Positions 48,169-58,028 of a DNA stretch of 64,000 nucleotides are shown piece after piece. Numbering within the stretch: the stretch's first letter is position 1; every line of letters starts with the position of its first letter. Under the pieces are notes generated by a model, which was given only the letters and a program-made list of their open reading frames with translations, did no database searches and was not told where the DNA came from. The stretch covers positions 20,509 through 84,508 of IMG/VR virus record IMGVR_UViG_3300043444_000257; one strand, given 5' to 3'. A program made the position numbers and the translations under genes. Source of the DNA: a virus.

Positions 48169-49788
48169 ATGCAGATTAAAAAAGTAACAATCATAGGAGG
48201 CGGTAGTTCGGGCTGGATGACCGCCGCAGCTCTTTCAAAACTATGTAAACATTTAGAAATTACAGTAGTTGAATCGTCAAAAGTAGGCACAGTTGGGGTC
48301 GGAGAAAGCACACTAGGTCATATTAATAAATTTCTAAAATTATTAGGGTTAAAAGATGAAGATTGGATGGCCGCTTGTAACGCCACATATAAGAATTCTA
48401 TTCGTTTTACTAATTTTAGAGAAGGCAACGGCGAATTTTTCGAATATCCGTTCAGTGCCGGTTTAGATTTCACAGACAAACCGCACGGTCTCCAGGCATG
48501 GAGTGAATTGGCCACGTTATATCCAGATGAATACACTCCCCAGACATTCGCAGAATTTTATTGCACAGGCAATACATTACTTGCAAAGTATGCCAAAGAA
48601 ACTAGAGACGAGAAGGGTATTTTAAGAAATTATAATTTTGATTATGATACTGCATATCATCTTGATGCACAACTGTTCGGACAATGGTTGAAGAACAACA
48701 TAGCTATTCCCAATGGTGTTAAACATATTATTAATGACATCCATAGCTTTAAGAAAGATCATTTAGGTAATATCACACAGATAATGTGTGCCGACGCATC
48801 TATATTACCTCAAACAGATCTTTGGGTAGACTGCACAGGTTTTAAATCTATCTTATTAGAAGGTTGGATGGGTCAGCAGTTTCAATCGTTTGACAAATAT
48901 CTAGCCAACGATCGAGCATGGGCATGTAGATTACCGTATACTGACAGAGAACGTCAAATGTTAAACGTCACTGACTGCCATGCTCTCAATAATGGATGGG
49001 TTTGGTATATTCCTTTATGGAATAGAATTGGCACTGGATATGTATATTCAACTAGATTTACTACTCCCGAAGAAGCAAAAAGAGAATTTAGAGAACATAT
49101 CGCCAAACAGCACAGTCCCGAAGTTGCAGAAAATGCAGAAATGTTTGAAGTAGTAATCAAACACGGAAAACGTCGCAGGGCCTGGGTGAATAACGTAGTG
49201 GGTGTAGGATTGAGTTACGGTTTTGTTGAACCTCTAGAATCTACAGGATTATTAACTACACATGAAAATATCATAAAACTTGTAGAAAATCTAAATCGCC
49301 GAAACGGCTATGTCACACGCAGCGAAATTGAAGGTTTTAATTTTGCTGTCGACTATGACGTTACAAAATTTAGAGATTTTGTAGCACAGCATTATGCATT
49401 ATCTATGAGGACTGACACGCCTTATTGGCGCTGGTGCACTCAGTTAAACGAATATTGCCCAGAGATGCAAGGGGATACGATGTTAAAACAAGCTCAATTC
49501 CCGAACCTTTTAGGAAATCTTGTAGGCAATCAGAGTTATTTTCCGGAGTATACAGGAAATATGTTTATCGCTGCTGGTATGGGAGTTAAGTCTATTTCTA
49601 CTCCAGAATTGATTTATTTCAGCGGAGACCGAATGGATGTTATTCGTAAAGAAGAAGAAATCAATTATACAAAACGTAGATATGAAGAATACAGAGATTT
49701 TGTGATAGAACATATCAAAACATTGCCGAGTCATTATCAATTCTTAAAAGATAATATCTACGGTGGAAAAGATGACCACGCTGTGTAA
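48169..49788 (+). CDS. Flavin-dependent tryptophan halogenase-like enzyme (PrnA/RebH family)
   Basis: GGGSSG FAD motif, GVGEST, CNATYK (Lys equivalent to PrnA K79), DCTGF, WVWYIP, FVEPLESTG. Confidence 0.88.
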   Translation: MQIKKVTIIGGGSSGWMTAAALSKLCKHLEITVVESSKVGTVGVGESTLGHINKFLKLLGLKDEDWMAACNATYKNSIRFTNFREGNGEFFEYPFSAGLDFTDKPHGLQAWSELATLYPDEYTPQTFAEFYCTGNTLLAKYAKETRDEKGILRNYNFDYDTAYHLDAQLFGQWLKNNIAIPNGVKHIINDIHSFKKDHLGNITQIMCADASILPQTDLWVDCTGFKSILLEGWMGQQFQSFDKYLANDRAWACRLPYTDRERQMLNVTDCHALNNGWVWYIPLWNRIGTGYVYSTRFTTPEEAKREFREHIAKQHSPEVAENAEMFEVVIKHGKRRRAWVNNVVGVGLSYGFVEPLESTGLLTTHENIIKLVENLNRRNGYVTRSEIEGFNFAVDYDVTKFRDFVAQHYALSMRTDTPYWRWCTQLNEYCPEMQGDTMLKQAQFPNLLGNLVGNQSYFPEYTGNMFIAAGMGVKSISTPELIYFSGDRMDVIRKEEEINYTKRRYEEYRDFVIEHIKTLPSHYQFLKDNIYGGKDDHAV

Positions 49789-50575
49789 ACGTTTATTCGG
49801 TTGGATGAAGAAAGAAAAAAAATCTTATGTAAGATTTTATTCTTTGGAACCGGGTGTTGCTGATATATTTCCGATCGTTAACTCGGCAAGTATTAAGAGA
49901 AATTTTATGCTTGCCGATCAAATCGGAGATAGGCCAGAAACACTTAGTTCAAAAAATTGTCCAGGAATTAGAAAAATAATTTCCTCTGGTTGGATCGTGC
50001 CTGCCCCTGCAGATTTTATAATACAAACCAACGGTGACGGAGTTAGCATGGAATGGGCAGAGCCTTACAGATTTAGCAAGGTTAGTCCTGGTAGAGATTC
50101 TTATGTTTCATCCCACACTAGAAGTCAGGCAGAGCCTCTGCTCGACGATCCCGATACTACCCTTAAAACTGTAGTAAAGCTAGAGACTCCGTGGAGGATT
50201 GAAGCCAGCGATGATGTTGTATTATTGTTCATGCCAGTTACATATAACAACGAACATAGGTTCCAGGCAGCGCATGGAATACTTGATACAAAATACGGTC
50301 ACGTATTGAATATACAGTTATTTTGGAAAGACATGAATTCTAAAACTTTAGTCAAGGCCGGAACCCCACTGGTTCAAATAATACCTATACCGAGACAAAG
50401 CCTTAGCTTATCTAACTACGATGTTATCATTGAAAAGTTTCGAGAGGAAGATTTAGAAAAAGAAAGAGCATTTAATTATGCTGCTAATTGTGTTTTTTTA
50501 AATTCAGATAGTTTAGCTAATAGATTAACGAGATCTGTTTCTATACTTAAACAATATAAAAAGGAGAAATTATGA
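49772..50575 (+). CDS. Hypothetical protein, possibly dUTPase-like beta fold
   Basis: K.CPGI......GW..PAP.D, KL.TPW and GTPLVQIIP. Canonical dUTPase motifs are incomplete. Confidence 0.45.
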   Translation: MTTLCKRLFGWMKKEKKSYVRFYSLEPGVADIFPIVNSASIKRNFMLADQIGDRPETLSSKNCPGIRKIISSGWIVPAPADFIIQTNGDGVSMEWAEPYRFSKVSPGRDSYVSSHTRSQAEPLLDDPDTTLKTVVKLETPWRIEASDDVVLLFMPVTYNNEHRFQAAHGILDTKYGHVLNIQLFWKDMNSKTLVKAGTPLVQIIPIPRQSLSLSNYDVIIEKFREEDLEKERAFNYAANCVFLNSDSLANRLTRSVSILKQYKKEKL

Positions 50576-50820
50576 GTTACTTAAAAGTTATGCAACAAAC
50601 ATTGGAAAGTGTTACAGCTGAAAAAATTACAAAAGAAGAAGAGCTAAAAAAACTAGAAGAAGAATTCGCTAATGTAAAATTAAATCCGTATGGAATTACT
50701 TCTATCGACTTCAGCAAGAGGCAAGATCTAGCCGCTGATGTTTTAAAAATGGAAGGGGTTATCATGGGCATTACATTGGCTATCGAAACCTTCGGAGAAA
50801 CACAGGGTGTTACAGCTTAA
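50572..50820 (+). CDS. Small coiled-coil hypothetical protein
   Basis: 82 aa, AAGGAG SD, overlapping both neighbours. Confidence 0.6.
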   Translation: MSYLKVMQQTLESVTAEKITKEEELKKLEEEFANVKLNPYGITSIDFSKRQDLAADVLKMEGVIMGITLAIETFGETQGVTA

Positions 50821-51391
50821 TGACGGAAGCGTTTTTGCATTTCCTCCTTATATATGGAAATTTCAATACGATTTTGAATACGACAAATTAAAAAATAAAA
50901 TCGATGATTTGTTCAATCTGGTAGAAAATAATTCAACTCTAGAAAAGGGAGATGCGATTTCAACAGTATCAGTCGATCAGTCTCTACAACCACACACCTG
51001 GGAAGAGCTAGCCGACTTTCAAAATTGGTTAGGATATACCTTTGAACGTATCAAAGATACTTATAGATTTGTCGAAAGACAATCTAATGTAACGCAGTCT
51101 TGGATTAATCGTCATGGCCACGGCGGAATCACAGAGGAGCATAATCACAATTATTCTACATTCGTTGTGAGTTGTTATCTAAAATGTCCTCAAAACTCTG
51201 GAAATATTGAATTTAAAGATCCTTTAGAATATCACTTTACTAGTTGGCCCATAGAACCCGAAGAGATTCTATATAAAGAATTTCCAGTATCGACTAACGA
51301 TGTATTAATTTTTCCAGGTTGGTTACGACATAGGGTCCAGCCAAACCTTTCTCAAGAAAATAGATACGTCATGACATTTAACATAAAATGA
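50807..51391 (+). CDS. 2OG-Fe(II) oxygenase (TIGR02466-like)
   Basis: W.N...HNH...VSCYL, IFPGWLRH.V.PN....R...TFN. Confidence 0.8.
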   Translation: MLQLNDGSVFAFPPYIWKFQYDFEYDKLKNKIDDLFNLVENNSTLEKGDAISTVSVDQSLQPHTWEELADFQNWLGYTFERIKDTYRFVERQSNVTQSWINRHGHGGITEEHNHNYSTFVVSCYLKCPQNSGNIEFKDPLEYHFTSWPIEPEEILYKEFPVSTNDVLIFPGWLRHRVQPNLSQENRYVMTFNIK

Positions 51392-52185
51392 TAGATTTTA
51401 AAGTTTGTTATCCTGATGCTAACAATTTCAATAAAGTTATTGAGATAAAAAATCTCAATGACTGGAATGTTGAATACGTGCATCTTGAAGATGATATAGG
51501 ATATTGGATAACTGATTTACCTTTTGAAAATAACTTATTAGATGTCTACAAAAATTTAATAGCAACATTTCCTATACAAAAAGATAACAGTCACCCAGAT
51601 AACTTTGATCCAAATCCCTTTGACACTATACATTTACCCGACTGGATTTATAAAGATATTTGTTTCTTGATAAGAGATTTTTATATAAAAAATGTAACAA
51701 ACAATATACTCGACCCTCAGATCCACGAATGGGGAAACCTATATAGAAAGAGTATAAACAGACCCATTTCCTGCTGGAGGATACCTCATATTGATTACGT
51801 CCACGGCATAGTAGCTAATATGTGGTTCACTGATCACGATATAAAGGACAGTTCTACAAAACTTTATAAGTATACAGGCAAAATGAATCGAGAGATATAT
51901 GATTTCCAAATAGATCCCGATCATAAAATGTTTAAAGAATGGATAGCAATGGCAGAAAATCCTAAAAGAGTTGATTGGTTCAACTATCCTGAAGAAGAAT
52001 TAAAACGTTGGGGATTTGAATTAGTAGGAGAAGCTCCGACAAAAGTAAACACAATGACTATGTATCGTGCAAATATACATCATGTGGCCTACGTCGGTAA
52101 TAATGTAGATTTTAGATGGAGCCATGCTTTTTCATTTAGCCACGAATTAGCTAAAGAAATGTCGGTGAGAGAAATATTTTTATGA
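51388..52185 (+). CDS. 2OG-Fe(II) oxygenase-like protein
   Basis: IPHID (HxD) and distal NTMTMY.ANIHH...R. Confidence 0.65.
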   Translation: MIDFKVCYPDANNFNKVIEIKNLNDWNVEYVHLEDDIGYWITDLPFENNLLDVYKNLIATFPIQKDNSHPDNFDPNPFDTIHLPDWIYKDICFLIRDFYIKNVTNNILDPQIHEWGNLYRKSINRPISCWRIPHIDYVHGIVANMWFTDHDIKDSSTKLYKYTGKMNREIYDFQIDPDHKMFKEWIAMAENPKRVDWFNYPEEELKRWGFELVGEAPTKVNTMTMYRANIHHVAYVGNNVDFRWSHAFSFSHELAKEMSVREIFL

Positions 52186-52814
52186 ATTTAGATTATTATT
52201 TTCCAACCCCAGTGTGGTGGGAGCAGACTGAAATTGATAATACGCCGATTGAAAAATTAGCGTATCGATTAAGAGAAGAAGACCCCGTTGGTAGAAAATT
52301 AAGTAACCAGGGCGGCTGGCAAAGTATGGATTTTAGACCAGGCACTTATGTAGAAGTAGCTGAGTTAGAAAAAAAGATTTTGGATCAAGCAGCCAATTGT
52401 TATCGTGACTACGGATACAAAGAAAATTGCTGTATCATAGCTATGGAAAATATGTGGATAAACATCAACGAAAAGGGATGCACTAATTCTGTTCACATAC
52501 ACGATAACAGCTTTGTTTCGGGAGCATATTATGTTAAGGCGAAAAAAGGACATGGTAATCTAACATTCTATAAAAGTTATTATCAAGATTACATAGTAGC
52601 ATCACAGGCTGCGGTTGATAGATACACTCCCATAAGCGCCAGTGCTATTACATTCGAACCCTCTAGCGGCAAACTTATAATGTTTCCGGGGTTTTTACCT
52701 CATGGAGTCGAAAGAAACGAATTAGATGAAGATCGTATTTCTATTTCATTTAATATAAAATTAATCAGGACAGACGATGAACGATATTGGCCAGAGGCTT
52801 CTCAACGAAACTAA
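52182..52814 (+). CDS. 2OG-Fe(II) oxygenase (TIGR02466-like)
   Basis: FPTPV, SNQGGWQS, WININ...HIH....SGAYY, MFPGFLPHGV....RISISFN. Confidence 0.85.
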   Translation: MNLDYYFPTPVWWEQTEIDNTPIEKLAYRLREEDPVGRKLSNQGGWQSMDFRPGTYVEVAELEKKILDQAANCYRDYGYKENCCIIAMENMWININEKGCTNSVHIHDNSFVSGAYYVKAKKGHGNLTFYKSYYQDYIVASQAAVDRYTPISASAITFEPSSGKLIMFPGFLPHGVERNELDEDRISISFNIKLIRTDDERYWPEASQRN

Positions 52815-53496
52815 TCTCTTAATAGACGACAAGCCACATTTCTTTAAACAACTGGTCAAGAATCCGGAAGAATATCTCACATGGTCGGATGTAGAAAGTT
52901 GTTTGAATAACCCGTATCTATATCAATTTGAAATGATAGATCAATATAATACCAAGATTGATATTCCTCAACATAAAAAAGCATGGATATGGGATAGAGA
53001 GATACAAGATAAACGATTTCTCTTTGATAAATTCCATCAAGGTCACGGTCTTGTAATAATGAATTACGGATTTCACAGTCAACGAACCATGGAATTATTA
53101 AAAGTTTTCGAAACTCTTTATCAGGTTAATTCTGCTATTCACGTTTACTGTGGATTGCAAAATTCTAAATCATTCACTATACATGACGATTATCCTTGCA
53201 ATTTTATTATTCAGGTAGAAGGAAGGACTCGCTGGAAAATTTTTAATAACAGAATATCATATATGTATAGAACAGGAACTATGAATGGTAGATTGCGAGA
53301 AGAAGATCTCGAAGTTGCTATTGATGTTACCTTAGAGCCCGGGGATGGTCTTTATATTCCTAGTAGAATGTATCATTGTGCCTACCCTGAAGGAAAAAGA
53401 TTAAGTATGAGTATACCGTGTTGGAATCGTTTTCCTAATGATCCACCGACAAATGCAGTAGATAGAAATTTTTATAGGATCGATTTAGATGTTTAA
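52777..53496 (+). CDS. JmjC/cupin-4 protein hydroxylase (YcfD/ROX-like)
   Basis: SF..HDD...NFIIQVEG...W.I and LEPGD.LYIP...YH.A, the JmjC HxD...H pattern. Confidence 0.8.
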   Translation: MNDIGQRLLNETNLLIDDKPHFFKQLVKNPEEYLTWSDVESCLNNPYLYQFEMIDQYNTKIDIPQHKKAWIWDREIQDKRFLFDKFHQGHGLVIMNYGFHSQRTMELLKVFETLYQVNSAIHVYCGLQNSKSFTIHDDYPCNFIIQVEGRTRWKIFNNRISYMYRTGTMNGRLREEDLEVAIDVTLEPGDGLYIPSRMYHCAYPEGKRLSMSIPCWNRFPNDPPTNAVDRNFYRIDLDV

Positions 53497-54070
53497 ACCA
53501 ATTGAAATATTTGATGTTGTTGATAAAGATTACCAGAATCAAATCTATAATTATGTCACGGATGTGAAATTTCCTTGGCATTTTTTAGGCGATACTACAT
53601 TTGAATATGCTACTAACGACCCGCAGACATCAACCCCAGGATTTGTAAATTTAGTATATCACCCCAATAACGAAGTAAATCCACATCTTGATTTTTTTAT
53701 GCCTTTATTAAATCAATGTTTAGATAAAGCCGGATTTAAATTAATCAATCTGTTAAGAATGCGAATGGGATTTTTACTGAATACAAAATATGTATTTCCG
53801 AGCCTACCTTACAAATACAATAGCCCCCACAGAGATTTTGACCAGGAACATTATACTCTAGTCTATTATGTTAATAAGTCCGACGGCGATACAGTAGTGT
53901 TTAAAGAAATTGAAGAATCTGAGAAATATAATATTTTACATCGAAGCACCCCGGATCAAGGAAAAATGTTATTATTCAATGGCTGGCACTATCATGCCAG
54001 CACTTGTCCTAAGATGTTTACAAAGCGTATAGCATTAACTATCAATTTTACAGCTGAAAAAAATGGATAA
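53489..54070 (+). CDS. 2OG-Fe(II) oxygenase
   Basis: PHRD, YYVN.SDGDT, LLFNG..YHAS..P....RI....N. Confidence 0.8.
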   Translation: MFKPIEIFDVVDKDYQNQIYNYVTDVKFPWHFLGDTTFEYATNDPQTSTPGFVNLVYHPNNEVNPHLDFFMPLLNQCLDKAGFKLINLLRMRMGFLLNTKYVFPSLPYKYNSPHRDFDQEHYTLVYYVNKSDGDTVVFKEIEESEKYNILHRSTPDQGKMLLFNGWHYHASTCPKMFTKRIALTINFTAEKNG

Positions 54071-54767
54071 GCACGTAGAACAATTAAAACAAATGAATTC
54101 TAAGAGTGCAGAATTCATTAAAAACTCCGGAATTAAAAATAGATATGTATTTCCGTATCTACCGACTATGGTCTTTGATAATTTTTATGAAGATCCCGAT
54201 GTGTGGAGAGACTTTGCATTAAATCAAGAATATTTTAAAGGCGATCGCGGAAGTTGGCCAGGCCTAAGAACCAAAATGCTGCATGAAATTGATGAAAACA
54301 TATTTCGTGTAACTATGAGAAAATTATTAATGATAGTTCGTCAATATGGGTTTACTTATTTTGATGAGCTACAAACCACATTTCAATATATAGATGGCAC
54401 ATATGGGAGAGGTTGGGTTCACGACGACGATCCAAAATTAAATATCGCTGGATTAATTTATTTGAATAAAGACGCCCCTTTAGGATCGGGAACTGTGATT
54501 TATCAAGATCAAGACGACTTCAACGGAGACCAATATACAGAATTGTTTATGAATGATGTATTGTTGTCTGATCCTATAGAAAGAGAAAAGTTTGCAAAAT
54601 ATAGACAAGAACAGGTTCAACACTTTACAAAAAGTATAGAAATTGAAAACGTTTACAATAGATGTATTATATTTGATCCTAGAAACTGGCACAGTGCTGA
54701 ACATTTCTTTGGAACTAACATAACAGAATCTAGATTAACACAAGTGTTTTTTATTAGAGCAAGATGA
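54063..54767 (+). CDS. 2OG-Fe(II) oxygenase-like (paralog of 54764)
   Basis: DNFYEDPD..R..AL, WPGLRT, GWVHDD, AGLIYL, NRCIIF....WHSA, RLTQVFF. Confidence 0.75.
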   Translation: MDKHVEQLKQMNSKSAEFIKNSGIKNRYVFPYLPTMVFDNFYEDPDVWRDFALNQEYFKGDRGSWPGLRTKMLHEIDENIFRVTMRKLLMIVRQYGFTYFDELQTTFQYIDGTYGRGWVHDDDPKLNIAGLIYLNKDAPLGSGTVIYQDQDDFNGDQYTELFMNDVLLSDPIEREKFAKYRQEQVQHFTKSIEIENVYNRCIIFDPRNWHSAEHFFGTNITESRLTQVFFIRAR

Positions 54768-55375
54768 AAATACCATATACTCCTATTAAAGTAATAGATA
54801 CATTTTTAGAATCTCCAGAGCTTTGGAGAGAGTTTGCGTTGCGCCAAGAATTTACTAGAGATAACGAATCGCCGTGGCCGGGACTAAGGACTAAACTATT
54901 GACAGAAATTAATACAGATTTATTCTCGTCGTTTGCTAGTAAATTAATAAAACACTGTCACGGCGGTAGCGGGTTTACTAATCTAGAAGTTTCATTCGCC
55001 TTAGTTGATGAAACTTATAAAACTGGATGGTTGCATCAAGATGAACCTCATTATAATATTGCTGGAATAATTTTTTTAAATCCTTATCCTGAAAAAAGTT
55101 CTGGAACTAGTTTTTATCATACGGTTAACCCTGCTCAAGAATCTTTCACACATTTACTTCAAGAAGAGTTTGCAACACCAGTTAACGAAAGAAGAGATTA
55201 TACTGAGGATAAGCAGAGACAAAGAAGTTATTTTAAAAAAAATATGTCTGTCGAAAATGAATTTAATAGATGTGTGATGTTCCATCCTAATGAATGGCAT
55301 GCAGCCGACGGGTTCTTTGGATCAACACTTCACGATTCTAGATTAACTATAAATTTTTTCGGAACATGGAAATAA
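54764..55375 (+). CDS. 2OG-Fe(II) oxygenase-like (paralog of 54063)
   Basis: WPGLRT, GWLHQD, NRCVMF....WHAA, RLTINFF. Confidence 0.75.
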   Translation: MKIPYTPIKVIDTFLESPELWREFALRQEFTRDNESPWPGLRTKLLTEINTDLFSSFASKLIKHCHGGSGFTNLEVSFALVDETYKTGWLHQDEPHYNIAGIIFLNPYPEKSSGTSFYHTVNPAQESFTHLLQEEFATPVNERRDYTEDKQRQRSYFKKNMSVENEFNRCVMFHPNEWHAADGFFGSTLHDSRLTINFFGTWK

Positions 55376-55992
55376 ATTCAACACAGTTTGGTAATTTTGC
55401 AAATTACGGATTTATAAAGGCTCGTGTTCCTGACGACTTATTGATCAATCTACGAAAAGAAATCTCAGAATTAGATTTTAAAAAATCGGTTCCTTTTAAT
55501 AATAACCTGGCCGGAAATATTAATTTAGAATTTAAACTTGAAAAAAATAAAGATCAATTAGAAAAATTCTTAGTTGAGCAGTGCCAGGAGTATTCTAAGA
55601 ATTGGAATATCACTTATACTACTAGAGATTTAAGAACTGATGATTTAGAATTATATAGTCATTGGGTTAACATACAGTATAAAAACGAATTTAATCCTAT
55701 GCATAGTCATGATGGAATTTTTAGTTTTGCAATGTGGATATCAGTTCCATATTTTATTGGAGACGAATTAAGCAGAGAAAACTGTAAGAATTCAAATTCA
55801 CCTAGAGCAGGAATGTTTTCTTTTATATACACTAATATATTTGGAGAAATAAGAGAAGCAGAATTTCCTGTTGATAAAACATACGAAGGATATATGTTTA
55901 TATTTCCTAGTTGTTTGCAGCATACAGTGTATCCTTTTGCATCATCAGACGAGCCAAGAATATCTATTTCGGGGAATATAAAAAGACGATGA
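55366..55992 (+). CDS. 2OG-Fe(II) oxygenase
   Basis: LAGNI, WVN.Q...EFNPMHSH.G..SF, IFPS.LQH.VYPF.....RISISGN. Confidence 0.8.
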   Translation: MEINSTQFGNFANYGFIKARVPDDLLINLRKEISELDFKKSVPFNNNLAGNINLEFKLEKNKDQLEKFLVEQCQEYSKNWNITYTTRDLRTDDLELYSHWVNIQYKNEFNPMHSHDGIFSFAMWISVPYFIGDELSRENCKNSNSPRAGMFSFIYTNIFGEIREAEFPVDKTYEGYMFIFPSCLQHTVYPFASSDEPRISISGNIKRR

Positions 55993-56594
55993 ATGAAATT
56001 ATAGAAGTAGAAAATATTATACCCTTAGACTATCAGCGCCATATCGAAACGGTTATGACGGGCCTTGAATTTCCCTGGGTTTTTAATAAAAACATGGTAT
56101 CGGGCGACGATGTATTTTTAGATAATAAAAACAATCATGCGGGATTTAATCATTTTTTCTTTGAACATCAAAAGACACAAAGTAATTTTTTCCAACTGTT
56201 CTATCCATTAGTGTTGAGCATAACTAGCAAAACTGATCTGCCTTTCAACATGTTGATTAGGATGCGAGCTAATATGACCTTAGCCAATCCAGAGTCAACT
56301 TTGGATTGGCATATGCCTCACATTGATAGTTTTATGCCTCACTATAATGCTATCTATTATGTAAATGATTCGGACGGAGACACTGTTATTTTTAATGAAA
56401 CAAATGAAGATTACGATCCTGGACAAAGTGATATTAATAAAATACAAGAAAATAAATTCACAGTAAAATATAGAGTCACTCCTAAGAGAGGAAAGATGGT
56501 TGTATTTCCAGGAAAATATTATCATAGTTCTAGTCCTGTAAGACAACACAAATATCGCTGTGTGATTAACATGAACCTAGGAAAAGTTCTATGA
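55989..56594 (+). CDS. 2OG-Fe(II) oxygenase (paralog of 53489)
   Basis: Start at ATG 55989 (ATGA overlap). PHID, YYVNDSDGDT, FPG.YYHSSS, R.VIN.N. Confidence 0.8.
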   Translation: MNEIIEVENIIPLDYQRHIETVMTGLEFPWVFNKNMVSGDDVFLDNKNNHAGFNHFFFEHQKTQSNFFQLFYPLVLSITSKTDLPFNMLIRMRANMTLANPESTLDWHMPHIDSFMPHYNAIYYVNDSDGDTVIFNETNEDYDPGQSDINKIQENKFTVKYRVTPKRGKMVVFPGKYYHSSSPVRQHKYRCVINMNLGKVL

Positions 56595-57202
56595 CAGATA
56601 TCAAATTAAACTATCAAGTTCCGTCGGGATACTCATTTGATAAAGGTGCTGATGATTATATCACACATCAGTGCGATTTTATCGCAGATAATTTAACAGA
56701 TATATTTGAAGATCTTAGAGTAGCACACGAAAATTTTAAACGTTTGTTTCCTAATGAGGACTCGACATGGGCATATTCTAAATATAATATATTTGCTTTA
56801 ACAGCCCCATCTACTAATTTCTATAGAATTTTTTCAGAACTAAGAACAGTTATTAGATCGCAGTTAGGGTGGGAAAGACCGTTGTGGATTGAAGCTTGGT
56901 TGAATTTTCATACAGCTGATCAAGTTCTTGATTGGCATCATCACGATTTTGATCATCACGGGTATATTTCAATAGATCCAAAAAATACAAAAACCATATT
57001 TGAATCTTATGAAATAATAAACAAACCAGGACAAATATATTTTGGTCCGGGACATCGATTGCATAAAGTTGAAGTATTAGAATCATTTGAGGGAGTAAGA
57101 ACTACTTTAGGTTACGATGTTCATACTATACCTAATAGCAGTATAATTAGGAATTATACAGAACGACCTTTTATGAACATGAGTTTAATTCCGTTGCCAT
57201 GA
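56591..57202 (+). CDS. 2OG-Fe(II) oxygenase-like protein
   Basis: WLN....VLDWHHH....HGY, distal HKV, and RTTLGYD. Confidence 0.65.
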   Translation: MTDIKLNYQVPSGYSFDKGADDYITHQCDFIADNLTDIFEDLRVAHENFKRLFPNEDSTWAYSKYNIFALTAPSTNFYRIFSELRTVIRSQLGWERPLWIEAWLNFHTADQVLDWHHHDFDHHGYISIDPKNTKTIFESYEIINKPGQIYFGPGHRLHKVEVLESFEGVRTTLGYDVHTIPNSSIIRNYTERPFMNMSLIPLP

Positions 57203-57831
57203 ACAAAGATTATATTATAATAAAAAATGCATTATCTAAAGAATTGTGTAAGTTTATATCTTTAGAATTTGAAATGATGGAGGCGGTCTGTAAGCAGATC
57301 TATCCCGGAGCGAATCTAGCAGATCTTTGCGAAAATACATTTGCTCGGTATAGCCCATTGATGATGGAAGCTCTGAGTGTTTGGCTTCAACCGCAGATCG
57401 AGGAAGCTGTAGGTATGCAATTATATCCTACATATTCTTATGCTAGAATTTATTACAAAGGGTCAGAACTACAAAGACACTTTGACAGAGAAAGTTCTGA
57501 AGTAACAGTGTCTATATGTTTGCAAAAAGACGTTGACTGGTCGTTGTATGTTAAAAACGATCATGGAGAAATACATAGTATAAATCTCGAAGTTGGAGAT
57601 ATGGGGATCTATAGCGGTAGAAAACACGAGCATTGGAGAGACCCGCTATCTGGCGAAAAACAGATACAGGCGTTTTTGCAATATGTAGATGCTAACGGGA
57701 CAAGCGCATGGCTTAAGTGGGATACTAGACCAGTATTAGGAATGCCTTTTGAATCGGCAGATTTTAAAGTTCAAGATGAAATCAAAAGAATAGCCAGTGT
57801 AAGAGACATGCTCAAAAACACTGGCTTATAA
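57199..57831 (+). CDS. 2OG-Fe(II) oxygenase (prolyl-hydroxylase-like)
   Basis: PTYSYARIY..GS.L.RHFDR.SSE.TVS, GD..IYSG....HWR, Q.FLQYV. Confidence 0.8.
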   Translation: MNKDYIIIKNALSKELCKFISLEFEMMEAVCKQIYPGANLADLCENTFARYSPLMMEALSVWLQPQIEEAVGMQLYPTYSYARIYYKGSELQRHFDRESSEVTVSICLQKDVDWSLYVKNDHGEIHSINLEVGDMGIYSGRKHEHWRDPLSGEKQIQAFLQYVDANGTSAWLKWDTRPVLGMPFESADFKVQDEIKRIASVRDMLKNTGL

Positions 57832-57834
57832 GAA

Positions 57835-58005
57835 TTAGCTTGGATTTTCTACTTTCATCGGGCCAGCAACAACTCGGCCGTTTCCGTGACGTTCTTCGAA
57901 GATCTTTTGAGCTTCATCTCTAGATTTTGCTTCGCAGAAATCTTCCTCAACAGCTAAAGTTCCTGGCGGTTCAGCTTTTCTTAAAATCATTTTATAGGTT
58001 GGCAT
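57835..58005 (-). CDS. Small 56-aa protein with its own late promoter
   Basis: ATG 58005 (MPTYKMILRK...) with AAGGAG SD and TAAATA at 58026-58031 (minus strand). Confidence 0.7.
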   Translation of the reverse strand: MPTYKMILRKAEPPGTLAVEEDFCEAKSRDEAQKIFEERHGNGRVVAGPMKVENPS

Positions 58006-58028
58006 TGTAATCTCCTTACAGTAAGTAT

